Shown piece by piece: positions 48,218-58,614 of a DNA stretch of 64,000 nt. The notes under the pieces are model-generated. The model saw only the letters and a program-made list of their open reading frames with translations. It ran no database searches and was not told the DNA's origin. Location of the stretch: NCBI GenBank assembly GCA_964399675.1, contig CAYNRK010000002.1:46982-110981 (forward strand), in the 5' to 3' direction. Made by a program: the position numbers and the translations under genes. This DNA comes from an uncultured Gammaproteobacteria bacterium. Its GTDB lineage: Bacteria; Patescibacteriota; Patescibacteriia; UBA9934; GWF2-40-263. How positions within the stretch are numbered: position 1 is the first letter of the stretch; each line of letters opens with the position of its first letter.

Positions 48218-48970
48218 TTATTCTGAATCTTCTTCGTTAATGCTTTCTTCATTGGTCTCATTGGACATATCAGACCTATTGTCGTCTTCGGAATCTGAAA
48301 GAAGTGAGAAATAATCAATTAAAATTTTTGCAGATTGTTTAACCGCTTCTTCTGGAGTAATCGTTCCATCTGTTTCAATGGTCATTATAAGCTTGTCGTA
48401 GTTTGTTATTTCACCAACACGTGTATCTTCAACTCGATACCCAACGTTTCGAATTGGTGAAAACAAAGCATCAATTGAAATCGTTCCAATTGGATGATCT
48501 TCATTTGTGCGCTCTTCTGTTGGAGAATAACCTCTTCCTTTTTGAACTGTAATTTCCATTTCAAAATCCACGTCTGCTGTTTGTGTTGCAATCACTAAAT
48601 CCGGATTCACAATTTCCACATCAGCATTTGGAGCAATGTCCGCAGCTGTAATCGCCTTTACGCCTTTTGAACTCAGGTTAAGCACCACTGGCTCGTCTGT
48701 GTGCACCTTCATTCGAAGCGACTTAAGATTTAAAATGATTTCAAGAGCATCCTCTTTTACATTATCAACAGCCTGAAATTCATGCGTCACCCCCTTAAGT
48801 TTGACAGCTGTTACAGCTGCACCAGAAAGGGACGAAAGAAGAGCCCGGCGAAATGCATTGCCGAGTGTTGTTCCGTATCCATGAAAGCAAGGCTCCACTG
48901 TTAAAATACCAACAGTGGGCTTATCGCCTTCTTGAAAATGAATCTTTGATGGCAGAAGAATGTTATCCAT
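48218..48970 (-). CDS. rpoA: DNA-directed RNA polymerase alpha subunit, N-terminal domain only with acidic tail (no alpha C-terminal domain)
   Basis: The alpha N-terminal-domain pattern is present. The gene is only 250 aa and ends in DSEDDNRSDMSNETNEESINEEDSE. Confidence 0.8.
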   Translation of the reverse strand: MDNILLPSKIHFQEGDKPTVGILTVEPCFHGYGTTLGNAFRRALLSSLSGAAVTAVKLKGVTHEFQAVDNVKEDALEIILNLKSLRMKVHTDEPVVLNLSSKGVKAITAADIAPNADVEIVNPDLVIATQTADVDFEMEITVQKGRGYSPTEERTNEDHPIGTISIDALFSPIRNVGYRVEDTRVGEITNYDKLIMTIETDGTITPEEAVKQSAKILIDYFSLLSDSEDDNRSDMSNETNEESINEEDSE

Positions 48971-48986
48971 ACAATCTTCAAAAATA

Positions 48987-49601
48987 TTATTGAGAGTAAA
49001 ATTCTACGATGAATGTTGGATCAAAAACTTGATCCAAGTCTTCGTTTTTGGGAATTGATGTAACCTTTCCAACCAATGCTTTCTGATCAAGTGCCAACCA
49101 TTTTGGCAATTGACTATCTTTTAGTGTTTCAGGAATCTGCTTAACTATTCGCTTCTCTTGCTTTGATTCCTTAATACTAATTTCATCACCGATCTTGACT
49201 GTGAATGATGGGATGTCTACATGCTTACCATTTACCAAAATAAAACCGTGACTTACAAGCTGTCGAGCTTGACGTCGAGTCTTGGCAAATCCAAGTCTGA
49301 AAACTGTGTTATCTAAACGCATCTCAAGCAATTGAACCAAAACTGTGCTGGTATTGCCTTCTTTGCGAGCAGCTTTTTCAAAATAATTTCGAAACTGTCG
49401 CTCCATTACACCGTAAATTGCTTTTGCTTTTTGCTTTTCAATCAACTGCTCTCCATAAGATGACAAACGCTTTCTTCTGCGGGCATTCTTTGGACCATGA
49501 ATTCCAGGTGGATATGGCCGACGTCGAACATACTTCTCTTTTCCAAGAGTGATACCAAGTCGCCGTGAGAGCTTTACAATTGGAGTTTGATTCTTTCCCA
49601 T
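48987..49601 (-). CDS. rpsD: 30S ribosomal protein S4
   Basis: S4 pattern. Confidence 0.9.
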   Translation of the reverse strand: MGKNQTPIVKLSRRLGITLGKEKYVRRRPYPPGIHGPKNARRRKRLSSYGEQLIEKQKAKAIYGVMERQFRNYFEKAARKEGNTSTVLVQLLEMRLDNTVFRLGFAKTRRQARQLVSHGFILVNGKHVDIPSFTVKIGDEISIKESKQEKRIVKQIPETLKDSQLPKWLALDQKALVGKVTSIPKNEDLDQVFDPTFIVEFYSQ

Positions 49602-49604
49602 ATA

Positions 49605-50000
49605 TTAAACGCGTCGTACTTTCTTAGGTCGACAACCATTGTGCGGAAGTGGAGTAACATCTTTAATCGAGAGCACATGAAATCCATTTGCATTCAAAGC
49701 TCGAACAGCAGAATCTCGTCCTGATCCAACTCCCTTTACAAAAACATTAAGTTCTTTTAATCCACTTTCTTTTACACGCTCGGTTGCAGTTCTAACAATA
49801 ATACTTGCTGCATACGGCGTTGCTTTTTTTGGGCCTTTAAATCCACAGTTCCCAGCGCTAGACCATGCAAGTGCGTTTCCATTAAGATCAGTAAATGTAA
49901 CAATCGTATTGTTGTACGTTGCTTGTATATATGCGCAGCCTTGTGAAACCTGACGCATTGCTTTTTTCTTCTTTTTGGATTTGGATTTCTGAACAGCCAT
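49605..50000 (-). CDS. rpsK: 30S ribosomal protein S11
   Basis: S11 pattern. Confidence 0.9.
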   Translation of the reverse strand: MAVQKSKSKKKKKAMRQVSQGCAYIQATYNNTIVTFTDLNGNALAWSSAGNCGFKGPKKATPYAASIIVRTATERVKESGLKELNVFVKGVGSGRDSAVRALNANGFHVLSIKDVTPLPHNGCRPKKVRRV

Positions 50001-50001
50001 A

Positions 50002-50388
50002 TTATGTCTTGGTCAAAGCCCTTCGACCACTACCTGTTGTTCTACGAACATTTCCTCGAACAGTTCTTGAATTTGTTTTAGTTCTCTGACCCCTAACTGG
50101 TAATCGTTTTTTGTGTCGATTGCCTCGATGAGAAGAAACTTCTTTCAATCGCTTAATGTTTGAGAGAACATCTCGTCTAAGATCACCTTCCATTCGATTT
50201 TCCTTTTCTAAAATTTCACGGATCTTTTTCACCTGATCTTCATTCAGATCCTTTGTACGAATATTCTCATCGACTCCTGCATCTTTAAGCGTTCTCTTTG
50301 AAACCTTTAATCCAACACCATAAATATACGTGAGTGCAATCACTATTCTTTTATCTGATGGAATTGTAACTCCAGCGATTCTTGCCAT
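50002..50388 (-). CDS. rpsM: 30S ribosomal protein S13
   Basis: [10 protein letters not shown]... Confidence 0.9.
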   Translation of the reverse strand: MARIAGVTIPSDKRIVIALTYIYGVGLKVSKRTLKDAGVDENIRTKDLNEDQVKKIREILEKENRMEGDLRRDVLSNIKRLKEVSSHRGNRHKKRLPVRGQRTKTNSRTVRGNVRRTTGSGRRALTKT

Positions 50389-50398
50389 AGTTTTAAAC

Positions 50399-50512
50399 CT
50401 ACCCTTGCCTCTGTTTATGACGTGGATTCTTACAAATAACAACGACTCGACCTTTACGCCGAATCACTTTGCAGTCACGACAAATTTTTTTTGCAGATGC
50501 ACGCACTTTCAT
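50399..50512 (-). CDS. rpmJ: 50S ribosomal protein L36
   Basis: Not in the ORF track. The reverse strand encodes [37 protein letters not shown]. Confidence 0.85.
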   Translation of the reverse strand: MKVRASAKKICRDCKVIRRKGRVVVICKNPRHKQRQG

Positions 50513-50544
50513 AACTCATAAAGACACCGAGCTAAGCTCGGTGA

Positions 50545-50769
50545 CTAAAACCGATAAACAACTCTACCTTTGGTTAAATCGTATGGACTGATTTCTAACT
50601 TGACATCATCACCCGGGAGAATTCGAATTCTGAATTTTCTCATGCGGCCGGACAAATGTCCTGTTATAATCTGACCATTTTCAAGTTTGATTTTGAAGTT
50701 AGCGGCAGGCAGAAGTTCTTCTACCGTGCCCCTCATCTCAATAAAATCCTTCGTTGACTTGTTACTCAT
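50545..50769 (-). CDS. infA: translation initiation factor IF-1
   Basis: S1-like OB fold, 74 aa. Confidence 0.9.
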   Translation of the reverse strand: MSNKSTKDFIEMRGTVEELLPAANFKIKLENGQIITGHLSGRMRKFRIRILPGDDVKLEISPYDLTKGRVVYRF

Positions 50770-50948
50770 AGTCGAATGATGACGGAATTCTAGCAGAGTT
50801 CAGCTAAAAAAGCAATAAAACGACGAATTTTGAGGCGCCGCCATTTTATGTTTTTTGTCAACTTCTGTCAAGAACACGTACGTGGATAAGATTTGATCAT
50901 CTTTTTAGCTAACATGAGCCAATTTAGATAATCTAAGTTTTATGTGAG

Positions 50949-52799
50949 TTATTTAAGTGTTGCTTTGATTCGTCGAATACCCGCCCCAACAGACTCTTCT
51001 TTCTTGATTTTAAAGTGTCCTAATTCCCCAGTTTTTTGCACATGCGGGCCACCACAAACTTCTTTGCTGTAATACTCCCCTGTTGCTTCATCGCCAATAA
51101 AATAAACTTTTATTTTGCCTCCAAGTTGTGCGTACTTATCATCAAACACTCCTACAGCATTGCGTTTTTTTGCTTGTTCAATATCTAGAATCTCTTGATG
51201 AACTGAAAAATCTTTTTTAATATTTTCGTTTACAATTTCTTCAACTTGCTTTTTTTGTTCATCAGTCATTTTTTCCGGATGAGAAAAATCAAACCGCAAA
51301 CGTTTTGGTGTAATGTTTGATCCTTTTTGAAACACATGATCACCGAGAACTGTTCGCAAAGCTTGAAGCAACATGTGTGTTGCTGTGTGCAACTTAACAG
51401 TATCTTCAGAATGATCAGCCAATCCGCCGGTAAACTTTTCAGTTGCACTTGCACGAGATAAGTCGCGGTGTTTTTTGAATTCAGTTTCAAATACTTTTCT
51501 ATCAACATCTTGACCTTTTTCTTTTGCCATTTCCTCAGTAAGTTCCAATGGGAATCCGTACGTTGAATACAACACAAAAGCATCTTCACCGGAAATCTTA
51601 TTATTTTTTTCAAACATCTTTTCAAACTCACGTTCACCTTTTGAAAGAGTTTTTTGAAATCTTTTTTCTTCACGATCCAGCTCTTCCAAAATACCGTCTT
51701 GTTTTTGAACAAGTTCTGGATAGGCGTTTTTGTAAGTCTTAATTACACATACTGCCAATGCATTACAAAACGATTCTGTTACACCAAGACCTTTTGCAAA
51801 ACGGATTGACCGACGTATAAGTCGACGAGAAAAATAACCCTGATCCTTATTTGAAGGCATTGCTCCATCTGCCATTAGAAATGTTGCAGCGCGCAAGTGG
51901 TCCAAAATAACTCGATAAGCTTTTGTTTGATCTGACTTTTGCCCATAACCTGTTCCGGATTTTTTTTCAAGAGTTTCACGCATCTCTTCAAACACATCAA
52001 TCTTAAAAATATCTGGATTGTCATTTACTGCTGCAAGCATTCGTTCAAGCCCTCCACCAAAATCAACATTCTTGTTTGGGAGTGGAGCGAATCCATCCTC
52101 AGTCTTTTGATACTCCATGAACACATTGTTCCCTATCTCCAAATAACGCCCACAATCGCAATTTACGTGGCACTCTTCATTTTTAAATTCAGAATTCTCG
52201 TGAAATAAATGTTGTTCGCCAAAGTCCCAAAAGATCTCTGAATCAGGTCCACCTGGCTCACCTACTGGCATATTCTCTGGAACTCCCGAACGCGACCACC
52301 AGTTTTTAGTTTCATCGTAGTAAAAGATTCGATCTTTTTCCGCATCAACTCCTACGTTTTGAAATTCTTTTTTCCAAAGCTCGGCCGACTCTTCATCGCG
52401 CGGGATTCCGAGTTTATCATTACCCTCAAAAACTGTGACGTATAGTCGATTGGGATCAAGCCCGAGTTCCTTTGTAACAAACTCAAAAATCCATGAAATT
52501 TGTTCTTGTTTGAAATAATCACCAAGAGACCAGTTTCCAAGCATTTCGAAAAACGTTGTGTGACGGTTGTCACCAACCTCATCAATATCTTGTGTACGAA
52601 AACACTTTTGAGAATTTGCTATTCGCTTTCCTTCTGAGTGCGGCTCACCAAGCAGATACGGAACAATTGGTTGCATTCCAGACCCGGTAAACAAAGTTGT
52701 TGGATCATTTTCCGGCAACAAAGAAGCCGAAGGAATAATCGCATGTCCTTTATCTTTGAAAAAATCTAAGTACTTTTGTCTAAGTTCATCAATGGTCAT
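50949..52799 (-). CDS. alaS: alanyl-tRNA synthetase lacking the C-terminal domain
   Basis: N-terminal catalytic region (FTGSGMQP), the editing-domain HTATH and CGGPHV motifs. About 616 aa. Confidence 0.8.
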   Translation of the reverse strand: MTIDELRQKYLDFFKDKGHAIIPSASLLPENDPTTLFTGSGMQPIVPYLLGEPHSEGKRIANSQKCFRTQDIDEVGDNRHTTFFEMLGNWSLGDYFKQEQISWIFEFVTKELGLDPNRLYVTVFEGNDKLGIPRDEESAELWKKEFQNVGVDAEKDRIFYYDETKNWWSRSGVPENMPVGEPGGPDSEIFWDFGEQHLFHENSEFKNEECHVNCDCGRYLEIGNNVFMEYQKTEDGFAPLPNKNVDFGGGLERMLAAVNDNPDIFKIDVFEEMRETLEKKSGTGYGQKSDQTKAYRVILDHLRAATFLMADGAMPSNKDQGYFSRRLIRRSIRFAKGLGVTESFCNALAVCVIKTYKNAYPELVQKQDGILEELDREEKRFQKTLSKGEREFEKMFEKNNKISGEDAFVLYSTYGFPLELTEEMAKEKGQDVDRKVFETEFKKHRDLSRASATEKFTGGLADHSEDTVKLHTATHMLLQALRTVLGDHVFQKGSNITPKRLRFDFSHPEKMTDEQKKQVEEIVNENIKKDFSVHQEILDIEQAKKRNAVGVFDDKYAQLGGKIKVYFIGDEATGEYYSKEVCGGPHVQKTGELGHFKIKKEESVGAGIRRIKATLK

Positions 52800-52800
52800 A

Positions 52801-54420
52801 TTAAACAGGCCCATCCCCTTTTGAAATAACTTCATCAGGAGTTACCTTTCTTAGTATTTTACGTTGAATGGATTTAAGAAAAACATTTAGTTCTTCAGTT
52901 TTTAAACTATAAGCGATGATAACATACACAGCAAGTCCAAGTCCTCCTGCTATAAAACCCTGACTTAAAACCCCAAAAAAAGTTTCAAGAGAGATTACTG
53001 ATACAACAAATGGTTTTACTGTTTGCATTACAACACCTGCAGCAAGTCCAGCAACTGTCATTTTAAATAAAGATTGAGTGATCCTAAGTTCGTCAAGAGT
53101 TCCAATGCGCTGTCTGAGCAATACCCACAAAAGCAATGCATTTACAATTGCTGCAAGAGAGTATGCCATACCCAAACCTATTACACCAAAATAATCAGTA
53201 AATAAAAACGCACTAACAATCCCAACCAGTGTTGCAACCAAGCCGGCGATAAGCGGTGTGACTGTGTCGTGTAGTGCAAAGAACGCACGTGCAATCACAA
53301 ACACAAGCGCTTGCGGAACAAAAGTAAGTGCAAAAAATGCAAGTGTGTCTGCGGTTAGAACAGTAGCAGTCCAATCAAACGCACCAGCCCCAACAACAAC
53401 TCGTACAATCTGTGCGCGTAAAATTAAAAATAAAATCATCATTGGAATCATGAAAAAAAGTATTTGTCGAATTGTTGCTGAAAATGAAGTGACAAATTTT
53501 TTGATTTCATTTTTTTCCAAGTGCTCTGAAAATGAAGGAAACGCCGCAATGGCATAAGAAACTCCGATAATACCAACCGGGAAAAACTGAATGTTGTAAG
53601 CGAATTGAAAAACCGTAACACTTCCTACTGCCAACAAACTTGCCATAACAGTCAAAATCACAAACATGATTTGGTTTATGGCAATCCCAAGCATGCGCGG
53701 CCCTGTTAATTTCAATAGTTCTCGTGTGTCTTTATCTTTCCATTTAAAAGAAAACTCGTAATCATATCCAACTTTATAACAACCAAGATACTGAACAAAA
53801 AGATGCAAAAAGGCGCCAAAAACAACACCCCAGGCAAGACCTATTGGACCCATAATATCAACAAACCATAAAGCACCGATAATGATTCCAATGTTATAAA
53901 GAACCGGAGCAAGCGCATAAAGCGCAAAACGTTTCAGGCTTTGAAGAACAGATCCAAAAATCATTGAGCCAGCAAGCAGTATCTGAGCCAAAAGCATAAC
54001 CCGCGTAAAACTTGCTACACTTGCTTGTTTGATTGGATGAAAACCAGGAGCAATCAATTGTGAAAGAGGATTTGCAAACACAAAAAGAATAACAGAGATT
54101 ACAATCATGCTAATGCCGATAATATGCAAAGTATTGTTTGCAAACTTCCACGCTCTTTTTCTGGACTCTTTGTGAATGTAACTTTTTGTAAATAACGGAA
54201 TAAAGCTTGCCGAGAGCGCACCTACAACCAGAAGCGCAAATAAAAGATCCGGGATTTTAAAAGCCGCATAATAAATATCAAGTGTGTCCCCTGCTCCAAA
54301 TTCTCCGGCAAGGATTCTGTCTCTAACTAAACCAACAATCCGGCTGGCAAACGAAAGAACGCCGACCACAACGGCAGCGCCCACAATCGTTTTTGATTCT
54401 GCGTTTATAAACCTGAGCAT
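52801..54420 (-). CDS. murJ: lipid II flippase MurJ
   Basis: 539 aa with about 14 transmembrane segments. Confidence 0.8.
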   Translation of the reverse strand: MLRFINAESKTIVGAAVVVGVLSFASRIVGLVRDRILAGEFGAGDTLDIYYAAFKIPDLLFALLVVGALSASFIPLFTKSYIHKESRKRAWKFANNTLHIIGISMIVISVILFVFANPLSQLIAPGFHPIKQASVASFTRVMLLAQILLAGSMIFGSVLQSLKRFALYALAPVLYNIGIIIGALWFVDIMGPIGLAWGVVFGAFLHLFVQYLGCYKVGYDYEFSFKWKDKDTRELLKLTGPRMLGIAINQIMFVILTVMASLLAVGSVTVFQFAYNIQFFPVGIIGVSYAIAAFPSFSEHLEKNEIKKFVTSFSATIRQILFFMIPMMILFLILRAQIVRVVVGAGAFDWTATVLTADTLAFFALTFVPQALVFVIARAFFALHDTVTPLIAGLVATLVGIVSAFLFTDYFGVIGLGMAYSLAAIVNALLLWVLLRQRIGTLDELRITQSLFKMTVAGLAAGVVMQTVKPFVVSVISLETFFGVLSQGFIAGGLGLAVYVIIAYSLKTEELNVFLKSIQRKILRKVTPDEVISKGDGPV

Positions 54421-54426
54421 GCAATC

Positions 54427-55677
54427 TTATTCCTCTTTTACACGAACCTTTGTTGTTGGTTTTTTAGCAACTCGTTTTTTTGGCGCAGATTTTTTTTGAC
54501 TTGAAAAACTGATCTGGCTTTGTTGTTTTTTGCCAAGTGAGAAAATTATGTAAAAACCTATTAGCAAAAGAAACGCCAAAAGAACAATGGCTGAAACAAC
54601 GAGTTTATTTTGCAAAGAAAACAAAGGTATAAAAATCGTTGTTGAGTCTGTTGAGATATTTCCCTCATGATCGCGGATGGTTAAAAAGACCTTGTACGCA
54701 CCACTTTTTTCAAATGTGTGTGTCACGCTTGTTTGTCCGGATGTAACACCATCACCAAAATCCCATTCATAAACATACCCATCAACACGCTGGCCAATCA
54801 GATTAAATGTAAACGTGGTGTACCTGTCTTTTGAATAACTGAAAATTGCATTTGGAGAAAAAGAAATTCCAGCATCTTCGACCTCTTCGCCCAGGCTAAA
54901 GCCTGGGGCTACCTCTTCTTCCGTCTCTCCAACCTCTTGTACATCTTTTTTCAATTTCTGTGCAACTTCGTTTACGAGATCACTCAGAAGCGATTTAACA
55001 ACCTCTTTCTCAGATTTCTTTTCTGACTGCTTTTCTGGTTCTGGTTCTGGTTCGTGTTCAAACTTTAATGGATCAGTTGGATAAACATCATTTTTATCAT
55101 TTACCCCATCTCCGTCTGTGTCTTTTGATTTTGGATTTGTTCCAAGCTCTCTTTCAACATCATTAGTAAGACCATCATTGTCTGCATCATCATCACAAAC
55201 ATCACCCAAACCATCTGAGTCAAAATCTCCTTGATTTGCATTGGCATTTACCGGACAGTTATCAAGATCATTAACAATACCATCTCGGTCATCGTCAATA
55301 AGCGGAGTAAAGATTCCGGTAATAGCAACGTTGTTTTCAAAGTTCATGTCTTCTGGATCAGTGCCACGAATTTCTGCACGAATATTAAAATCACCTGATG
55401 GCACAACAAAATCAACATAGACTTCTTCCGGATTACCACCTGCAACAACTGAAATCACTTGCGAGTCTCCAATTGGTACTGTGCCTTGAAAAAAAGTTAC
55501 ATATCCAGCAACATCCAAATCGCCAATATTTTTCACAGCTCCATAAATACGAACTGTCTCGCCTGCAACTAAATCAGATTTAAAACGTATGTCACTTGCA
55601 TTAATCATCAAATCTGCATCTACTGCTAAGGCAGACAACGGAGTTATAATTAAAATTAGTGCGACAAGATATTTCAT
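54427..55677 (-). CDS. cell-surface protein with thrombospondin type 3-like Ca-binding repeats and a PKD domain, C-terminal transmembrane anchor
   Basis: DxDxDGxxD repeats, a PKD-like WDFGDG segment, then a C-terminal transmembrane segment and basic tail. Confidence 0.6.
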   Translation of the reverse strand: MKYLVALILIITPLSALAVDADLMINASDIRFKSDLVAGETVRIYGAVKNIGDLDVAGYVTFFQGTVPIGDSQVISVVAGGNPEEVYVDFVVPSGDFNIRAEIRGTDPEDMNFENNVAITGIFTPLIDDDRDGIVNDLDNCPVNANANQGDFDSDGLGDVCDDDADNDGLTNDVERELGTNPKSKDTDGDGVNDKNDVYPTDPLKFEHEPEPEPEKQSEKKSEKEVVKSLLSDLVNEVAQKLKKDVQEVGETEEEVAPGFSLGEEVEDAGISFSPNAIFSYSKDRYTTFTFNLIGQRVDGYVYEWDFGDGVTSGQTSVTHTFEKSGAYKVFLTIRDHEGNISTDSTTIFIPLFSLQNKLVVSAIVLLAFLLLIGFYIIFSLGKKQQSQISFSSQKKSAPKKRVAKKPTTKVRVKEE

Positions 55678-56234
55678 AAAATAAGCGAGACTGTGTCTCC
55701 TGTGTGAACCCAACTCTCTGCTGCCTCATCTGAGGTTAAATCTAGTTGAAGAGAATAACTTGGATGAACTCTAACTGTTACATGATCAATTTTTGTGTCT
55801 GAAGGTTCGTGAACAAGTCCAACAACTTGATGATGCTTAAGACCAAAATGTTTAGCATGCTGAGGATTGCAGTGTAGATGTCTTATTGGAATTATTACTG
55901 CTGAAGTTGCTTTTAATTCACCTTTTGGACCTTTAAGTTTGCAAGAGCCTGATCTAGTCAAATCACCGGACAATCTTACAGGCACATCTATTCCCAAAGC
56001 ATATGCATCTGTTGCTGAAAGTTCAACTTGAGTTTTTTCTCTACACGAACCAACTACGCGCACTGATTCAAATTCACCTTCTGGTCCCTGAACAGTTAAG
56101 GTTTCTTCATAAACCACATGACCTTTGTGATTTGCATTTTGCTTTGTAACAAGTTCTGTTGTGTTGAAAAGTTTTTTACAGTCTTTTTCGGACAAGTGAA
56201 CATGTCGATTTTGCACGCAAACAGGAATCTTCAT
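55674..56234 (-). CDS. PduL/EutD-like phosphate acyltransferase
   Basis: Duplicated motif pair characteristic of PduL: NRHVHL...GSCREKTQVELSATDA, then RHLHCNP. Confidence 0.55.
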   Translation of the reverse strand: MKIPVCVQNRHVHLSEKDCKKLFNTTELVTKQNANHKGHVVYEETLTVQGPEGEFESVRVVGSCREKTQVELSATDAYALGIDVPVRLSGDLTRSGSCKLKGPKGELKATSAVIIPIRHLHCNPQHAKHFGLKHHQVVGLVHEPSDTKIDHVTVRVHPSYSLQLDLTSDEAAESWVHTGDTVSLIL

Positions 56235-56335
56235 AATTTTGAAAGCTGATGCATAGAAATCAGTGGAAATATATAGAAATAAAGTTGTAGTCAACCTATT
56301 TCTACTTATTTCAATTAGTTTCCATTTATTTCAAT

Positions 56336-57253
56336 CTAGAATTTTGAACGCTTGACAATAGCCACTACAATCGCAATCATCCCAACAAATCCAATAAAGT
56401 ATAAAAAGCTGATAATCCTTGGGTCGTCGTAGTACGGAAGCCATGGCACGTTCATTCCGTAAAATCCAGCAAGAAGAGTTGGAACCATGAGCGACGCTGA
56501 GATAATGGTCAGCAAGGTGATTATGTCATTGGTTTTGTGAGACAACAAAGCTTCATTAACATCAAACATTCCGTCGATTAAAAGCTTAAGGTTGTCAGCT
56601 GTAAGCCAGATAGTATCAAGCACATCGTGCAAGTCATCCAAATATAAATGATTTTCTTCAGTTAAAAACGGACGTTTCAAATTGGCAAGACTGGCTAACA
56701 TACTACGTTGTGGATCGATCAGATGACGTGCATACAAAACATTGCGACGAACATGTCCAAGATCAACAGTAATTCGTCTTTGATGCTTGTGTTGAATCGC
56801 ATCTTCAAGTCTTGCAACTTCTTGAGTAAGATCTCCAACAATTGCCATTGATCCACGAAAAGCATCGTGCAAAATTTTGTACATCAGATATGAGGTTCCT
56901 TTTGCAAAAACAGAAGAGCGCGACTTATTTCCTTTTTTCAAACGGCCAAAATATTTTTGAACTGAATCAATAGGCGTGTTTGTAAGTGTGACAAGTTTGT
57001 CCTGGCTTAAAAACACATAAAGCTCCTCACCGTGAACATGACCGCTGTCTTTGTGCATTGTTGGAATGTGGAAAACAAAAAAAATGTAATGCTTGTACGG
57101 GTCCATTTTTGAAATCGGAGTTTCTGATTGAATGTCATCGTAATCAAGGTGATGGAAACGAAAATTGTCTTGAAGGTATTCAAGATCTTTGTCTTTTGCG
57201 CGTTGAATGTGAATCCATTCAATACCTTTTGCACTAATGATTGATTGGCTCAT
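56336..57253 (-). CDS. corA: CorA family Mg2+/Co2+ transporter
   Basis: GMN motif (YGMNVPWLPY) and two C-terminal transmembrane segments. Confidence 0.8.
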   Translation of the reverse strand: MSQSIISAKGIEWIHIQRAKDKDLEYLQDNFRFHHLDYDDIQSETPISKMDPYKHYIFFVFHIPTMHKDSGHVHGEELYVFLSQDKLVTLTNTPIDSVQKYFGRLKKGNKSRSSVFAKGTSYLMYKILHDAFRGSMAIVGDLTQEVARLEDAIQHKHQRRITVDLGHVRRNVLYARHLIDPQRSMLASLANLKRPFLTEENHLYLDDLHDVLDTIWLTADNLKLLIDGMFDVNEALLSHKTNDIITLLTIISASLMVPTLLAGFYGMNVPWLPYYDDPRIISFLYFIGFVGMIAIVVAIVKRSKF

Positions 57254-57975
57254 GAGACGTCACTTTTTTCTTTTTGTTTTTTATAGCCAAATGTGTAACA
57301 AAACTTGTTGTGTCGTATTGGTCCGATAAAAGCAAGATGCAATTCTGCCATCATGTATTTCATTGCGATTTTCATTCGTCCGTCTCGATCAAGACGACGA
57401 ATAGAAACCGGTATTCTGGTTGATTTCAAAAAACCAAACTTTCCAACCTTTTTAAATCTTTGAGCATAATCATGGTCTTCACAAAATAAAACCGTCTCAT
57501 CAAATCCTCCAATTTTTTCATGCAATTCTCTTCGTACAAACATGCAAAAACCCGGAGCGTGCGGAAAAAGCGATCCCCAAGCGCGTGCATATTTATTATA
57601 CGCTTTATGCATGAAATGATCGACCATGTCATCAGATAGTGGGAACACATCACATGTTGCCAAGCCAAGTCCGCGCTCGTTCATTTCCTGAATTGATTTT
57701 TCCAAAAACTCCGGATCGCGCAATTCAACATCTGCATCCAAAAATAAAATAAGTTCTGTGTTTGCCGCTTTTGCTCCATTGTTTCTACCAACAGATGGCA
57801 TACCTCCCTCCACTACTTTCACACCAAATGTTTTTGCGATTTTTTTGGTTTGATCGGTTGAGTCGGCATCAGCAACAATTATCTCTTCTGGTTGGCAGGT
57901 TTGTTTTTTAATTGAGGTAAGAAGCTTTGGTAAATATTCTTCTTCGTTTTTTGTTGGGATAATAATCGTGAGCAT
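57250..57975 (-). CDS. glycosyltransferase family 2
   Basis: LTIIIPTKNEE... Confidence 0.7.
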   Translation of the reverse strand: MLTIIIPTKNEEEYLPKLLTSIKKQTCQPEEIIVADADSTDQTKKIAKTFGVKVVEGGMPSVGRNNGAKAANTELILFLDADVELRDPEFLEKSIQEMNERGLGLATCDVFPLSDDMVDHFMHKAYNKYARAWGSLFPHAPGFCMFVRRELHEKIGGFDETVLFCEDHDYAQRFKKVGKFGFLKSTRIPVSIRRLDRDGRMKIAMKYMMAELHLAFIGPIRHNKFCYTFGYKKQKEKSDVS

Positions 57976-57976
57976 A

Positions 57977-58108
57977 ATGTAGATTTCCCCTCCTTTTCAA
58001 GGAGGGGTTAGGGGTGGTTATGATTTTGAAACAAGAACTTCTGTTTTTTCAAAATTCTAACCCCCTGTAAGTCCCCCTTAAAAAGGGGGACATTCGTGTC
58101 TACATTTT
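57977..58108. repeat. about 130-bp nested palindromic element (outer stem atgtagat/atctacat; inner hairpins cccctccttttcaaggagggg, aggggttag...ctaacccct, gtcccccttaaaaagggggac)
   Basis: Architecturally similar to the long nested hairpin of island 4 at 37278-37356 and 39838-39955. Confidence 0.6.
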
Positions 58109-58558
58109 ACCTGATTTTCCGCTCAGAGCAAACAGAGCAATTCCGGTTGCAACAGAAACATTGAGCGATTGTTTTTTACCGATCATGGGAATTTCTATTA
58201 TTTGATCACACACATCAAGAACTGTTTTTTCAATACCTTCAACTTCATTTCCAACAATCAACGCAATTGGCTCTGTTGTATTAACTGATTCAATTGATTC
58301 CCCGCCTGTTTCTAATCCAAAAATACTAATATTGCTTTTCTTTAATTCGTCTACAAGATCAAAAATATTTTCTTTATATTCCCAATCAACTCTGTGTTCT
58401 GATCCAAGAGCTACTTTTGCAATTTCTTTTCTAGGGGGTTGACCGGTATATCCAGTTAAATAAATCTTTTTGATCCCAAAAACATCAGCTGATCTAAAAA
58501 TCGAACCAACGTTATGAAGGGATCTAATGTTATGAGCAATGAGAATAATGTTTGACAT
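58100..58558 (-). CDS. SpoU/TrmH family RNA 2'-O-methyltransferase (TrmL-like)
   Basis: 152 aa with SPOUT-fold motifs. Confidence 0.7.
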   Translation of the reverse strand: MSNIILIAHNIRSLHNVGSIFRSADVFGIKKIYLTGYTGQPPRKEIAKVALGSEHRVDWEYKENIFDLVDELKKSNISIFGLETGGESIESVNTTEPIALIVGNEVEGIEKTVLDVCDQIIEIPMIGKKQSLNVSVATGIALFALSGKSGKM

Positions 58559-58614
58559 ATTGTATTACATGCTATTAGATACAGGCGTCCACATCAAGCA
58601 AGAGGAATCGGACA

